A DNA stretch of 64,000 nucleotides from Scyliorhinus canicula (lineage: Eukaryota), in NCBI RefSeq assembly GCF_902713615.1, contig NC_052172.1:6429337-6493336 (forward strand), written 5' to 3'. The translations under genes were made by a program, and so were the position numbers. Every line of letters begins with the position of its first letter. The stretch's first letter is position 1. Positions 52,660 through 63,764 of the stretch are shown in pieces. The notes beneath the pieces were generated by a model. The model had not been told where the DNA came from, searched no databases, and was given only the letters and a program-made list of their open reading frames with translations.

Positions 52660-53310
52660 GAATTTTTCATATCTGTCTTCACCAAAGAGGATGAGGAGAT
52701 ACATTCAGATCTCCGGAGAGTGGGGGTGGGGGGGACTGTGAAGTTCTTGAATATGTTGTCATAGGGAGTGACAAGTTATTGGAGGTGGTGGCAGGATTAA
52801 AAGTGGTCAAATCGCCAGATCCGGATGAATTGTGCCCAGGATGCTGTGGGAGGTGAAGGAGGAGGTTGTGTGGCTCGGACCCAAATTGGTAACCCTCTCC
52901 GGCCCTGAGGGAAGTGCTAGAGAACTGCTAATGTTGTCCCTTTGTTTCAGAAAGATTGTGGAAGCGAGCCGGGGGACTGAAGACCAGTGAGTCTCACGTC
53001 AGTGGTAGGGAAACTATTGGAGAATATTCTGAAGGAGAGACCTCTCCGAACTTGGAGTGGTAGGGTCTGATCAGGAATAGTCGGCATGGCTTTGTCGGAG
53101 GGAGGACATGCCTACAAAATGTAATTGCATTTTTCTGGCTAATATGGCCAAGTGTGTAGATGAGGGTAGTGAGTTCATGTAGTTCAAGGTGAGTGGCAGA
53201 AGGTTTAGAGTGGATTTATTATGGAATGCACTGCCTGGGAGGGTGGAAGGGGCGGTTTGCCTCACATACGTTAATAAGTACCTGGATGAGTACTTGTCAT
53301 AGCATTCAGA
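52660..53310 (+). mobile_element. Decayed CR1 debris replacing the 5' half of psiV-g
   Basis: KSPDPDELCPR, RPVSLTSVVGKL and SRHGF-like motifs. Confidence 0.75.
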
Positions 53311-53502
53311 GCCAACTGAATTAGCAGAAAACGCTGAGCCCACAATACCCCACTCTCCACCTTTAATTGACAGATCACCCCCTCCACCGGGTTGGCTGTA
53401 AGTAGCCCAATGGCAGCCGGTGTTCTTCAGGCTCCTCATAGGGGAACTGGCTGGGCCAAACTGTGTCTGATGGAATCTACTGTGACCATGTGCGGACATC
53501 CA

Positions 53503-56460
53503 TAAGACCATAAGACCATAAGACATAGGAGTGGAAGTAAGGCCATTCGGCCCATCGAGTCCACTTCGCCATTCAATCATGGCTGATGGGCATTTCAACT
53601 CCACCTACCAGCATTCTCCCCGTAGCCCTTAATTCCTCGCGACATCAAGAATTTATCTATCTCTGCCTTGAAGCCATTTAGCGTCCCGGCCTCCACTGCA
53701 TTCCGCGGCAATGAATTCCACAGGCCCACCACTCTCTGGCTGAAGAAATGTCTCCGCATTTCTGTTCTGAATTTACCCCCTCTAATTCTAAGGCTGTGCC
53801 CACGGGTCCTCGTCTCCTCGCCTAACGGAAACAGTTTCTTTGCGTCCACCCTTTCTAAGCCATGTATTATCTTGTAAGTTTCTATTAGATCTCCCCTTAA
53901 CCTTCTAAACTCCAATGAATACAATCCCAGGATCCTCAGCCGTTCATCATATGTTAGACCCGCCATTCCAGGGATCATCCGTGTGAATCTCCGCTGGACA
54001 CGCTCCAGTGCCAGTATGTCCTTCCTGAGATGTGGGGCCCAAAACTGGACACAGTACTCCAAATGGGGCCTAACCAGAGCCTTATAAAGGCTCAGTAGCA
54101 CATCGCTGCTTTTATATTCCAACCCTCTTGAGATAAATGACAACATTGCATTCGCTTTCTTAATCACAGATTCAACCTGCATGTTTACCTTTAGGGAATC
54201 CTCGACTAGCACTCACAGATCCCTTTGTACTTTGGCTTTATGAATTTTCTCACCGTTTAGAAAGTAGTCTATGCTTGGATTCTTTTTTCCAAAGTGCAAG
54301 ACCTCACATTTTCTCACGTTGAATTGCATCAGCCATTTCCTGCACCACTCTCCCAAACTGTCTAGATCCTTCTGCAGCCTCCCCACTTCCTCAGCACTAC
54401 CTGCCTGACCACCTAACTTCGTATCATCGGCAACCTTCGCTAGAATGCCCCCAGTCCCTTCATCCAGATCATTAATATATATGGTGAACAGCTGCGGCCC
54501 CAATACTGAACCCTGTGGGACACCGCTGGTCACCGGCTGCCATTCCGAAAAAGAACCTTTTATCCCAACTCTCTGCCATCTGTCAGACAGCCAATCCTCA
54601 ACCCATGCCAGTAGCTCACCTCGAACACCATGGGCCCTCACCTTACTCAGCAGCCTCCTGTGTGGCACCTTATCAAAGGCCTTTTGGAAATCCCGATACA
54701 CCACATCCACTGGGTTTCCCTGGTCTAACCTACTTGTCACCTCCTCAAAGAATTCTAACAGGTTCGTCCGGCACGACCTCCCCTTACTAAATCCATGTTG
54801 ACTTGTTCTAATCCGACCCTGCTCTTCCAAGAATTTAGAAATCTCATCCTTAACGATTGATTCTAGAATTTTACCAACGACCGAGGTTAGGCTAATTGGC
54901 CTATAATTTTCCATCTTTTGTCTTGATCCTTTCTTGAACAAGGGGGTTACAACAACGATCTTCCAATCGTCCGGGACTTTCCCTGACTCCAGTGATTTAT
55001 GAAAGATCTCAACCAACGCTTCTGCTATTTCTTCAGCCACCTCCCTCAGAACTCTAGGATGTAGCCCATCGGGGCCAGGAGATTTGTCAATTTTAAGACC
55101 TTTTAGCTTTTTTAGCACCATCTCTTTTGTAATGGCAACCATACTCAACTCAGCCCCCTGACCCTCTATAATTTTTGGGATATTACTCATGTCTTCCACT
55201 GTGAAGACAGACGCAAAGTACTTATTATGTTCTCCAGCCATTTCCTCGTCTCCCATCACTAGCCTTCCGGAATCAGTTTGAATTGGCCCAATGTCTACTT
55301 TGGCCTGTCGTTTGTTTCTTATGTATTGAAAGAAACTTTTATTATCATTTCTTATATTACTGGCTAGCCTGCCTTCATATTTGATCCTCTCCTTCCTTAT
55401 TTGTCTCTTTGTTAACCTCTGTTTGTTTTTGTAGCCTTCCCAATCTTCTGATTTCCCAGTGCTTTTGGCCACTTTATAGGATCTCTCTTTTTCTTTGATA
55501 CATTTCCTGACCTCCTTTGTCAGCCATGGCTGTCTAATCCCTCCCCGGATAATCTTTCTTTTCTTGGGGATGAACCTCTGTACAGTGTCCTCAATTATGC
55601 ATACAAACTCCTGCCATTTTTGCTCTGCTGTCTTCCCCACTAGGGTCTGCTTCCAGTCGATTTTCGCCAGTTCCTCTCTCATGCCCTCGTAATTACCTTT
55701 ATTTAACTGTAACACCATTACATCCGATTTTGTCTTCTCTCTTTCAAACTGCAGACTGAACTCAACCATATTATGATCGCTGCTTCCTAAGTGTTCTCTT
55801 ACTTTAAGATCTTTTATAAAGTCTGGTTCATTACATAGCACTAGGTCCAGATGAGCCTGCTCCCTTGTGGGCTCCATGACAAGCTGTTCCAAAAAGCCAT
55901 CTTGTAAGCATTCCATTAATTCTTTTTCTTTGGATCTACTGGCTACATTATTTACCCAATCCACCTGCATATTGAAGTCCCCCATGATCACCGTGACCTT
56001 GCCTTTCTGACATGCCTTTTCTATTTCCCGGTACATGTTGCGCCTCTGGTCCTGACCACTGTTAGGAGGTCTGTACATAACTCCCATTATGGTTATTTTT
56101 TTTGCCTTTGTGGTTCCTCAATTCTACCCACACAGACTCCACATCATCCGACCCTATGTCGTTTAGTGCCATAGATTTAATTTTGTTCTTAACTAACAAG
56201 GCAACCCCACCCCCTCGGCCCACCTCCCTGTCTTTTCGATAGGTTGTATATCCTTGGATGTTTAACTGCCAGTCCTGAACCCCCTGCAGCCATGTCTCTG
56301 TGATGCCTACCACATCATAATCATTCACGATGATCTGTGCCACTAGTTCGTCCACTTTGTTACAAATGCTACGAGCATTCAGGTAAAGTGCCTTAATGCT
56401 AACTTTCTTATCATTACAGATATTGGAAGTCCTAAGATGTCCAAAGTTATCCTTCCTTTT
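53503..56460 (-). mobile_element. Young CR1 LINE with near-complete ORF2 (APE endonuclease plus RT)
   Basis: Begins LYLNARSICNKVDEL..GITETWL. Only a homopolymer frameshift (~56095) and a TGA at 54213-54215 split it into the 97, 624 and 205 aa ORFs. (CTTATGGT)n tail at 53503-53525. Confidence 0.95.
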
Positions 56461-57414
56461 TCCAATTTATCCCTAAGAATGATCCTCTCTAGTATCTAAC
56501 TTCTACTGGCAGTGCTGTCCCGAAATGGTGAGAAAGTGGACCAGGTGGAATAAAGCAATATGTGTCACATAAACAAGTAATTACAAACTGATAGACTGGC
56601 ATTTGGAGGAGTAACAACCTTGCGGGTTTTTGATCTTTCCCTCTCGGAATACAGAAAGAAAATGTATCGCTTCTGTTATATAGAACATTGGTCAGTCGAG
56701 AACACTGAACTTAATTTTGGGGATGTATCTGACCACACTTTTGGGAGAAACTTCACGAATTTTACTTCGGGTACCCACAATGTCCGTTGATCACCCCATC
56801 TTATCTCGTCTCCACACTCACCCAGTCCATCTGGTCTAAGGTATTTCTTTCATTCCTTCTTCCAGGCCCATCGCCCCATTGTCAACACTCCCCCCACCAT
56901 ATTTCCACCCTCAATTTGTCTCTGAATCTGATGACTGGACCATTTCAATCTCTGCTGGCCGAATCTCTCCGATGCTTCCACTGAATCCCCCTCCCACTTC
57001 CCGATGGGCTAGTTCTTGAATTTTGATCCTTTACCGCCACTTCACACATCCAGATTCTGTTAGTGCCCAGTCCTTCTTCCTGTCTTCTTGATATTGTTGA
57101 AGTTACTGCACAATATTGCAAGCCCCGTCGCACAACCGTCTTGGAGGTCATATAAGAACATAAGTACGAGGGTCAAGAGTGGGCAATTCAGACCCTCGAG
57201 TTCGTTCGGTCATTTTATACGATGATTGCAGCTCTCCTCTCGCCCTCAACTCTACTTTCCTGCTCGTTTACCATTTCCCTCCAACCCATTACTAATGAAA
57301 AATCTGTCTATTTCCTCCTTAAATATACTCAATGCTCTGGCATCCACCCCACTCTAGGGTCGAGAATTACACAGTTTCACGATCCTTTGAGAGAAGTAAC
57401 CAGACTGTTTTTTT

Positions 57415-57700
57415 TAGTAATAATCTTTATTGCCACGAGTAGGCTTACATGAACACTGTAATGAAGTTAGTGTGAAAATCCCCTCGTCGCCACATTCCGG
57501 CGCCTGTTCGGGTACACAGAGGGAGAATTCAGAATGTCGATTCACCTAACAGCACGTCTTTCGGGACTTGTGGGAGGAAACCCACGTAGACACGGGGGAG
57601 AACGTGCAGACTCCGTACAGCCAGTGACCCAGCGGGAAATTGAACGTGGGACACTGGCGCTGTAAAGCAACAGTGCTAACCACTGTGCTACCGCGCCGCC
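57415..57700 (-). mobile_element. HE1-related SINE (predates the duplication; paralog at 63765-64000)
   Basis: Same position and orientation in both duplicated copies. Confidence 0.85.
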
Positions 57701-57719
57701 TTCTGGTGCCGAGCAGCTT

Positions 57720-58565
57720 CTGATGGGGAACACTGGGAACATGATGTGGTACAAGCAGTAAAGACGGTTTACATGGATTTTAGCAAAGCCTTTGGCAAGG
57801 ACCTATATCGGCGACTTCTCAAGAAGACAAATGCTCATGGGTTACAGGGTAAGTTGATAAGGTGAATTCAAAATTTGCTCTGCGGTCGGAGACAGAGGGC
57901 GATGACAGACGGCTGCTTTGTGACAGGAAGCTAGTGTCCAGTGGTGTACCACAGGGGTTTATGTTGTGTCCTCTATTGTTTATCATTTATATAAATGACA
58001 TTGAAGACTATGTGGGAAAAGGATCAGTAAGTTTGAGGATGACACAAAGATTGGTCTGGTGGTTAACAGTGAGGTTGTATGTCTTGGATTACAGAAAATT
58101 ATGGATAGGATGGTCAATCAGCAGAAATGTGGGGATGTTGGATAGGGTTGGTTTTTTCCCCTAAAGAGCAGAGAAGACAGAGGGGCACCATATTGAGGTG
58201 TACAGGATTATGGGGGCATCGACAGTGTGGATAGGGAGCAGTTGTTCCCCTGAGCTGAAAAGTCAGATACCAGTCGACAAAGTTCAAGGTGAGGGGCAGG
58301 AGGTTTTGTTGGGATTTGAGAAAAAAATTGGTTGTGGTGCCGGTCTGGAACGCGCTGCCAGAGGGGAGTGGGGGGGGGGGGGGGGGGTGGTAGAAGCGGG
58401 TTGCCTCAGATCCTATTAAAAATATCTGGATGAGTCCGTCACACGTCACAACATCCATGGTTGGGACAACTGACGGCCAATGGGATTAGGTGAGCAGGTC
58501 AGGTGTTTATCACGCCTCAATGCAAACCGAATGAGCCGAAGGGCCTCTTCTGTGCTGTATTATTA
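57720..58565 (+). mobile_element. Decayed, internally deleted CR1 3' fragment
   Basis: MDFSKAF, SGVPQGFMLCP and a 3' tail. Confidence 0.8.
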
Positions 58566-58641
58566 TGTGATTATCTGATTCCCTGGCAACAGAAACTGAT
58601 CCAATTCTGCCACCTGTCGGCAGGAATGAGCTCTGGGTGCA

Positions 58642-58680
58642 GGTTTTTGTCGCTGTGGGTCCGCTTTCTCAAACGCTGTG
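58642..58680 (-). other. 23-RSS of V-h
   Basis: CACAGCG + 23 nt (tttgagaaagcggacccacagcg) + ACAAAAACC. Confidence 0.95.
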
Positions 58681-59416
58681 ATACTACAAGCGCAGAAGTA
58701 GACAGCGGTGTGAGATACAGCGGCCTGTCTCAGTTTGAGACTAAACAGCGTGTTACTAGTCCTGACTGCATCGAACGGCTCGGAGGTGTAGTTGTTGGAG
58801 TTCCCTGTTCCAGCAGAATAGAAAAGAGCTTCTATCGGCCGATTTGGTTGTTGTCTGTACCAGTACATTTGCGGATAGTTAGTATTCTTCAGCGTGCAGC
58901 TGATAATGGCTGATTTTCCTGCTGCGATCGAGAGCACAGATGGCGACTGTTCCACGTAAGAGGCGAGTATACCTGTCGAATAAAACATCCGTTAGATTCT
59001 CGGGTTAATCAATAATGGATCAGGCAGAGATAAACATATAAAACGCAAAAACAAAAATCGATTTATGAAGCATCATTCGCGCCCTGAAAGTCCCAAATCA
59101 TTTTATGGACAAGAAATAATCCGTTAAAATGTAGGCATTGTTGTGATGGGTTCACTGACATCCGTCTGGACGGCACCACTGAAAATGCCAAACTTCCGCC
59201 GCACTGACCTCGGGACTATCACCGTAGATTGTGTCCACAATCTCAGGGGAAAGAGTGGCCTCTGCACCTTCTGATCCGGGGACAAATTACTCCTGAAGAG
59301 GCGATTCCCGGCATTATTCTGCAAAACTCCACAAAGACCTCTCCAAAGGTTTGTAACTTTGACTTACGTGGAATTAGTGACACCATCAATGTTAGATAAT
59401 GAACTTCACACAACAT
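58681..59416 (-). CDS. TRBV: TCR beta V segment V-h, intact
   Basis: Leader exon 59416-59368 (MLCEVHYLTLMVSLIP, donor gtaagt). Acceptor ttcgacag. V exon 58972-58681 reads RILASYVEQSP..IISCTLK..MYWYRQQP..LFYSAG..HTAVYFCACS, followed by a 23-RSS. Confidence 0.92.
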
Positions 59417-59537
59417 GGTGACAGCTTGCATTGATTCTGCTTCGCTGAGTAAACTAGTGGAGCTCAGGACCACGTTCAGAGGCCGCCCCTCTCCTCTGGC
59501 GGATTAAATATGAACCATTCGGTTGAGGTTAATACGC

Positions 59538-59553
59538 TGACGTCAGCTTCCTG
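59538..59553 (-). promoter_or_regulatory. Perfect CRE plus ETS site upstream of V-h
   Basis: + strand TGACGTCAGCTTCCTG. The CGTCA begins 125 nt from the ATG. Confidence 0.65.
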
Positions 59554-60420
59554 AATAACCAACACCAGTCCTCGGGGCGGGTCAGCAGCGCCACATATTG
59601 GCAGAGCACAGAATGACAAGGAGGGGTTTAATAGACGTGTTCACAATGATAACCGGATTTGATACCATAGGTGGTCAGTAATAAACTCACTCGGTTAACT
59701 GGGATCGCTGTGGAGAATGTGGACCTCGCTTGTACAAAGCGTGTTTGAGGAAAACAGTGTTGGATATTTAATCGAGTTTACAGAGATGCTGAAGAATTAC
59801 ATCGGAAGAAATTACTCGAAAGATATGGCAAGATGAATAGGTGAGGAGGGTTGGGATTTCTAATTGGGAAGCATTTACAAAGGAAGATGGCATAGATTCG
59901 ATGGGAGGAATGGCCTCCGCTTTTTTTTAAATTTCAGACGGTGAAGGTTTCTGCTCCAACTGACTAAAAGCAACTCAACGGGTTAAATTATGTTCCGGAC
60001 ACAAACCAGAGATTATTGCAGAAACACGTCAAAAGCTGGTCTTGAGTCTGAGAGAAGCGAGTTAACGGTTGTCAGCAGATTCTCAACCCGCCCTCAGGAG
60101 GCAGGTGTCCCTGTGATGAACAGATGAAAAAAGGCCTTTGTACAGTGTGGAACTAGGAGATGTTTAAAGATTCTGAAATGAATTATTTTCTATGTGTGTG
60201 GGACATTCCCCTGGGAGTTTAAGAGGCTATACCGAGATTATCCTGAATAGTGAAACGATGATGGATTTCAGTTTGTGTGGAGATTGCAGTAAACGGGATT
60301 TTCCTTCATGCAGTGAAGAAGAGAATGGCCAGATTTAATTGAGGTGCTGAGAATGAGGAACGTTTTTGATCCTGTGAATAAAGAACATTTTTTCCAGTGG
60401 GAGATGGTTCACTCGCTAAT

Positions 60421-60599
60421 GAAAAAAAATGAAAAAAATGAAAATCGCTTATTGCCACGAGTAGGCTTCAATGAAGTTGCTGTGAAAAGCCACTAGTCGC
60501 CACATTCCGGCGCCTGTTCGGGGAGGCTGGTACGGGAATTGAACCGTGCTGCTGGCCTGCCTTGGTCTGCGTTAAAAGCCAGCGATTTGGCCCAGCCCC
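60421..60599 (-). mobile_element. Short SINE family B
   Basis: gaaaatcgcttattgccacgagtaggcttcaatgaag..cagcccc. Confidence 0.9.
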
Positions 60600-60977
60600 T
60601 GGAGAATGTTTTAATATAACTGGAGGAGGTAATTAGAATATCTTCCTTCCCTGAGTTTCTATGTTCTGGAAGAGGTGGTCTGGAAGGATAGTGGAAATGA
60701 ATTGAATCTGGGCTGACTGGATCATTCTTCAACAGGGCTCGTCCGGACACGGAAGGCAGAATAACCTCCATTCGCGCTAAATCAGTCTATGATCTTCCCA
60801 AAATCTGTCTCTCCCTGACGTGTTGATCGGTTAACAACGCAATCTGATTGTACACATATCGTTGATATCTTCAAGGCAGATGAACCTTCAATGATAGATT
60901 GTTCATCATTGATCAGTGCAAATCGAAATCACTTAAAGTTAGATGGCTAAATAATGGATCATCGGGGGATAGATGGA

Positions 60978-61151
60978 ATGGAAATCGCTTATTGTCACGA
61001 GTAGGCTTCAAATGAAGTTACTGTGAAAAGCCCCTAGTCGCCACATTCCGGCGCCTGTTCGGGGAGGCTGTTACGGGAATCAAACCGTGCTGCTGGCTTG
61101 CCTTAGTCTGCTTTCAAAGCCAGCTATTTAGCCCAGTGAGCTAAACAGCCC
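60978..61151 (-). mobile_element. Short SINE family B
   Basis: gaaatcgcttattgtcacgagtaggcttc..aaacagccc. Confidence 0.9.
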
Positions 61152-61362
61152 TGTTTATACAGATAGGTTTATACAGATAGGTATTTATATATGTATATGC
61201 ATTTATACAGATAGGTAGGTAGGCAGACATAATAAATTTGAGACAGATGATGGATAAAAAACAGCTCACTTTCTCTCTTTCATTGATATCTGGATTTATC
61301 CATGCTGACCCCTGGTCTCCATATAAGTAGAACATCTTGAGTGGTCCTGTTTGAGACGGGCG

Positions 61363-61401
61363 GGTTTTTGTCTCACGTTTCAACCCGATTGTACCTCTGT
61401 G
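61363..61401 (-). other. 23-RSS of V-i
   Basis: CACAGAG + 23 nt (gtacaatcgggttgaaacgtgag) + ACAAAAACC. Confidence 0.95.
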
Positions 61402-62030
61402 CCTCACTGCAAGCACAGAAATACAGAGCCGCATCGCTCTGCTTCACTGTCCCTATCTTCAGGTCGAACCTGTTGTCTGCCGTCTTCTTCGCGAAAAATC
61501 TATCTGTGATCCCGTCCGACATGGTCGCGTCCTCTCCGTGCACTGCATACAGGATATCCTGGAGTCCCTGTCCCGGGAGCTGGCGGTACCAGTACATGTA
61601 AGCATCAGTCCCCTGTTGGAGACAAGGGATAGACACAGGTTGTCCCTGTCTAACGGACAAATACTTTTGGGACTGGATAATCTTCTGAGGCGCGCCAAGA
61701 CCTGGAAAGAAAAGAAGAATTAGAAAAGGGAGATTTCCATTGTTCCAGAAATATGACACACGAACCTGCTCCACAATAAACTGTTCTGAGGCTGACACAA
61801 ATCTCTCACATTGATTCTTTCTTTCCGTGATTATTTATTTATGTCTCTCACCCATTCATTCAGCCATTCTATCTCTTTTTGCCTCTCGGTTGATTAGATA
61901 CGTGGTTCGTAAAATACTTCCCGGATTCCTGCTCGCAAGCACAATGGCATCTATGTAAATCCGGACACTGGCTTCACTTACCCACCAGTAGAACTAGCGA
62001 CAACACGCAGTACAAAAGTGAAGTCCGCAT
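61402..62030 (-). CDS. TRBV: TCR beta V segment V-i, intact
   Basis: Leader exon 62030-61982 (MRTSLLYCVLSLVLLV, donor gtaagt). Acceptor tttccag. V exon 61701-61402 reads GLGAPQKIIQSQ..SIPCLQ..YMYWYRQLPGQGLQ..DAALYFCACSE, followed by a 23-RSS. Confidence 0.93.
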
Positions 62031-63119
62031 AGCCCCGCCCAAAGACTCGGAGAGCGGAGTAACCAAGGCCAGAGGACGGAGACTTTGTCAGCGAAGAACC
62101 AAACTCGGTACTGTGAACATAACCAACTGAATTAGCAGAAAACGCTGCGCCCACAATACCACCGCCTTCCGCCCTTAATCGTCAGCTCTTCCTCCACCTG
62201 ATTGGCTGTAAGTAGCGCACTGAGTTGCTCAGAGCTCATCGTAGAGAAACAGGGTGGGCCAAACAGTGTCTGATGGAATCTACTGTGACCGTGTGCGACC
62301 ATCCAATTCAGCCCTAAGAATGATCCTCTCTAGTATCTAACTTCTAATGGCAGTGCTGTCTAAATGGTGAGAACAGGAGATAGATGAAAGGAATATGTGT
62401 CACATAAACACGTCATTACAAGCTGGGAGACAAGCAATTGGAGGAGTAACAACCTTCAGGGTTTTGGGTCCTTCCCTCCAGGAATACAGAAGGAAAATGT
62501 ATCGCTTCTGTTATATCGAACATTGGTCAGCCCAGAATACTGAGCTGAATTTTGGGGATGTATCTGACCACAGCTTTGGGATATATGTATGACCCACCCA
62601 TCACATTTGGGTTTGCTGTGCTATATTTTAACTCAATTAAAATAAAAACATCAAATGTGGCATCGTGAATTCGGCCCCTCGGACTGGCGCCGCGTTTCAA
62701 GAAGATGGATGATCAAACACCAACCGTTTGATAGAGGACGTTCCTGCTCAGACCACTTCTTCTTTGGACTTGACCAGTTTACTTGCGGTTCCCCCAACGC
62801 CCGCTGATCACTCAACTCCATCTCCTCTTTCCAGTCATCCATTCCATTTGGTCTAAGGTGTTTCTCTCTTTCCTTCTTCGAGGCCAATCGCCCCATCGCC
62901 AACACCCCCTCACCATATTTCCACTCTCTCTTTCTCTCTGAATCAAATGACTGGGGCATTTCAATCTCTGCTGGCCGAATCTCTCCGATGCCTCCACTGG
63001 ATCGCGCTCCCAATTCCCGATATGCTAGTTCTTGAAGTTGCTATTTTCACGTCACTTCACACATCTGGATCTTATTAGTGTCCAGTCCTTCTTCCTGTCT
63101 TCTTGATATTAGTGCATAA

Positions 63120-63445
63120 TGCGAGCACAGTAGCACACGTGGCTTGCACTGTGACTTCACAGCGCCAGGGTTCCAGATTCGTTTCCCCGCTGGGTCACTG
63201 ACTGTGTGGAGTCTGCGCGTTCTCTCGGTGTCTGGTGGGTTTCCTCCGGGTGCTGCGGTTTCCTCCCACAGTCCAAAGACGTGCAGGCTAGGTGGATTGG
63301 CCATGATAAATTGCCCTTAGTGTCCTAAAAAAGGGTTAGGAGTTATTGGGTTACGGGGATAGGATGGAAGTGAGAGTTTAATTGGGTCGGTGCAGACTGG
63401 ATGGGCTGAATGGCCTCCTGCTTCACTGTATGTTCTATGTTCTAT
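63120..63445 (+). mobile_element. HE1-type SINE specific to copy B
   Basis: Absent at the homologous site ~57095 (ttgatatt|gttgaagtt). Confidence 0.85.
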
Positions 63446-63764
63446 TCTTGAAGTTTCTGCCCGATATTGCAAGTCCCGTCTCACAACCGCCTTGTAGGTC
63501 ATATAAGAAAATAAGTACCAGGATCAAATGTGGGCAATTCAGGCCCTCGAGGCCGCTCCGCTATTCAATACGATGATTGCGGATCTCCTCACGCCCTCAA
63601 CTCCTCTTTCCTGCCCGTTGGTCATTACCCTTCAACCCATTACTAGTTAAATAATTGTCTATTTCTTCCTTAAATGTACTCAATGCTCTGGCATCCACCC
63701 CACTCTAGGGTAGTGAATTCCATAGATTCACGATCTTTTGAGAGAAGTAACGAGACTGTTTTTC

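Larger units (their letters stand above)
50888..57700. repeat. Tandem segmental duplication, copy A (inactivated)
   Basis: Homologous blocks: 50888-52200 with 58577-59660; 52434-52640 with 61363-61570; 53312-53502 plus 56461-57700 with 62122-64000. Confidence 0.9.
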
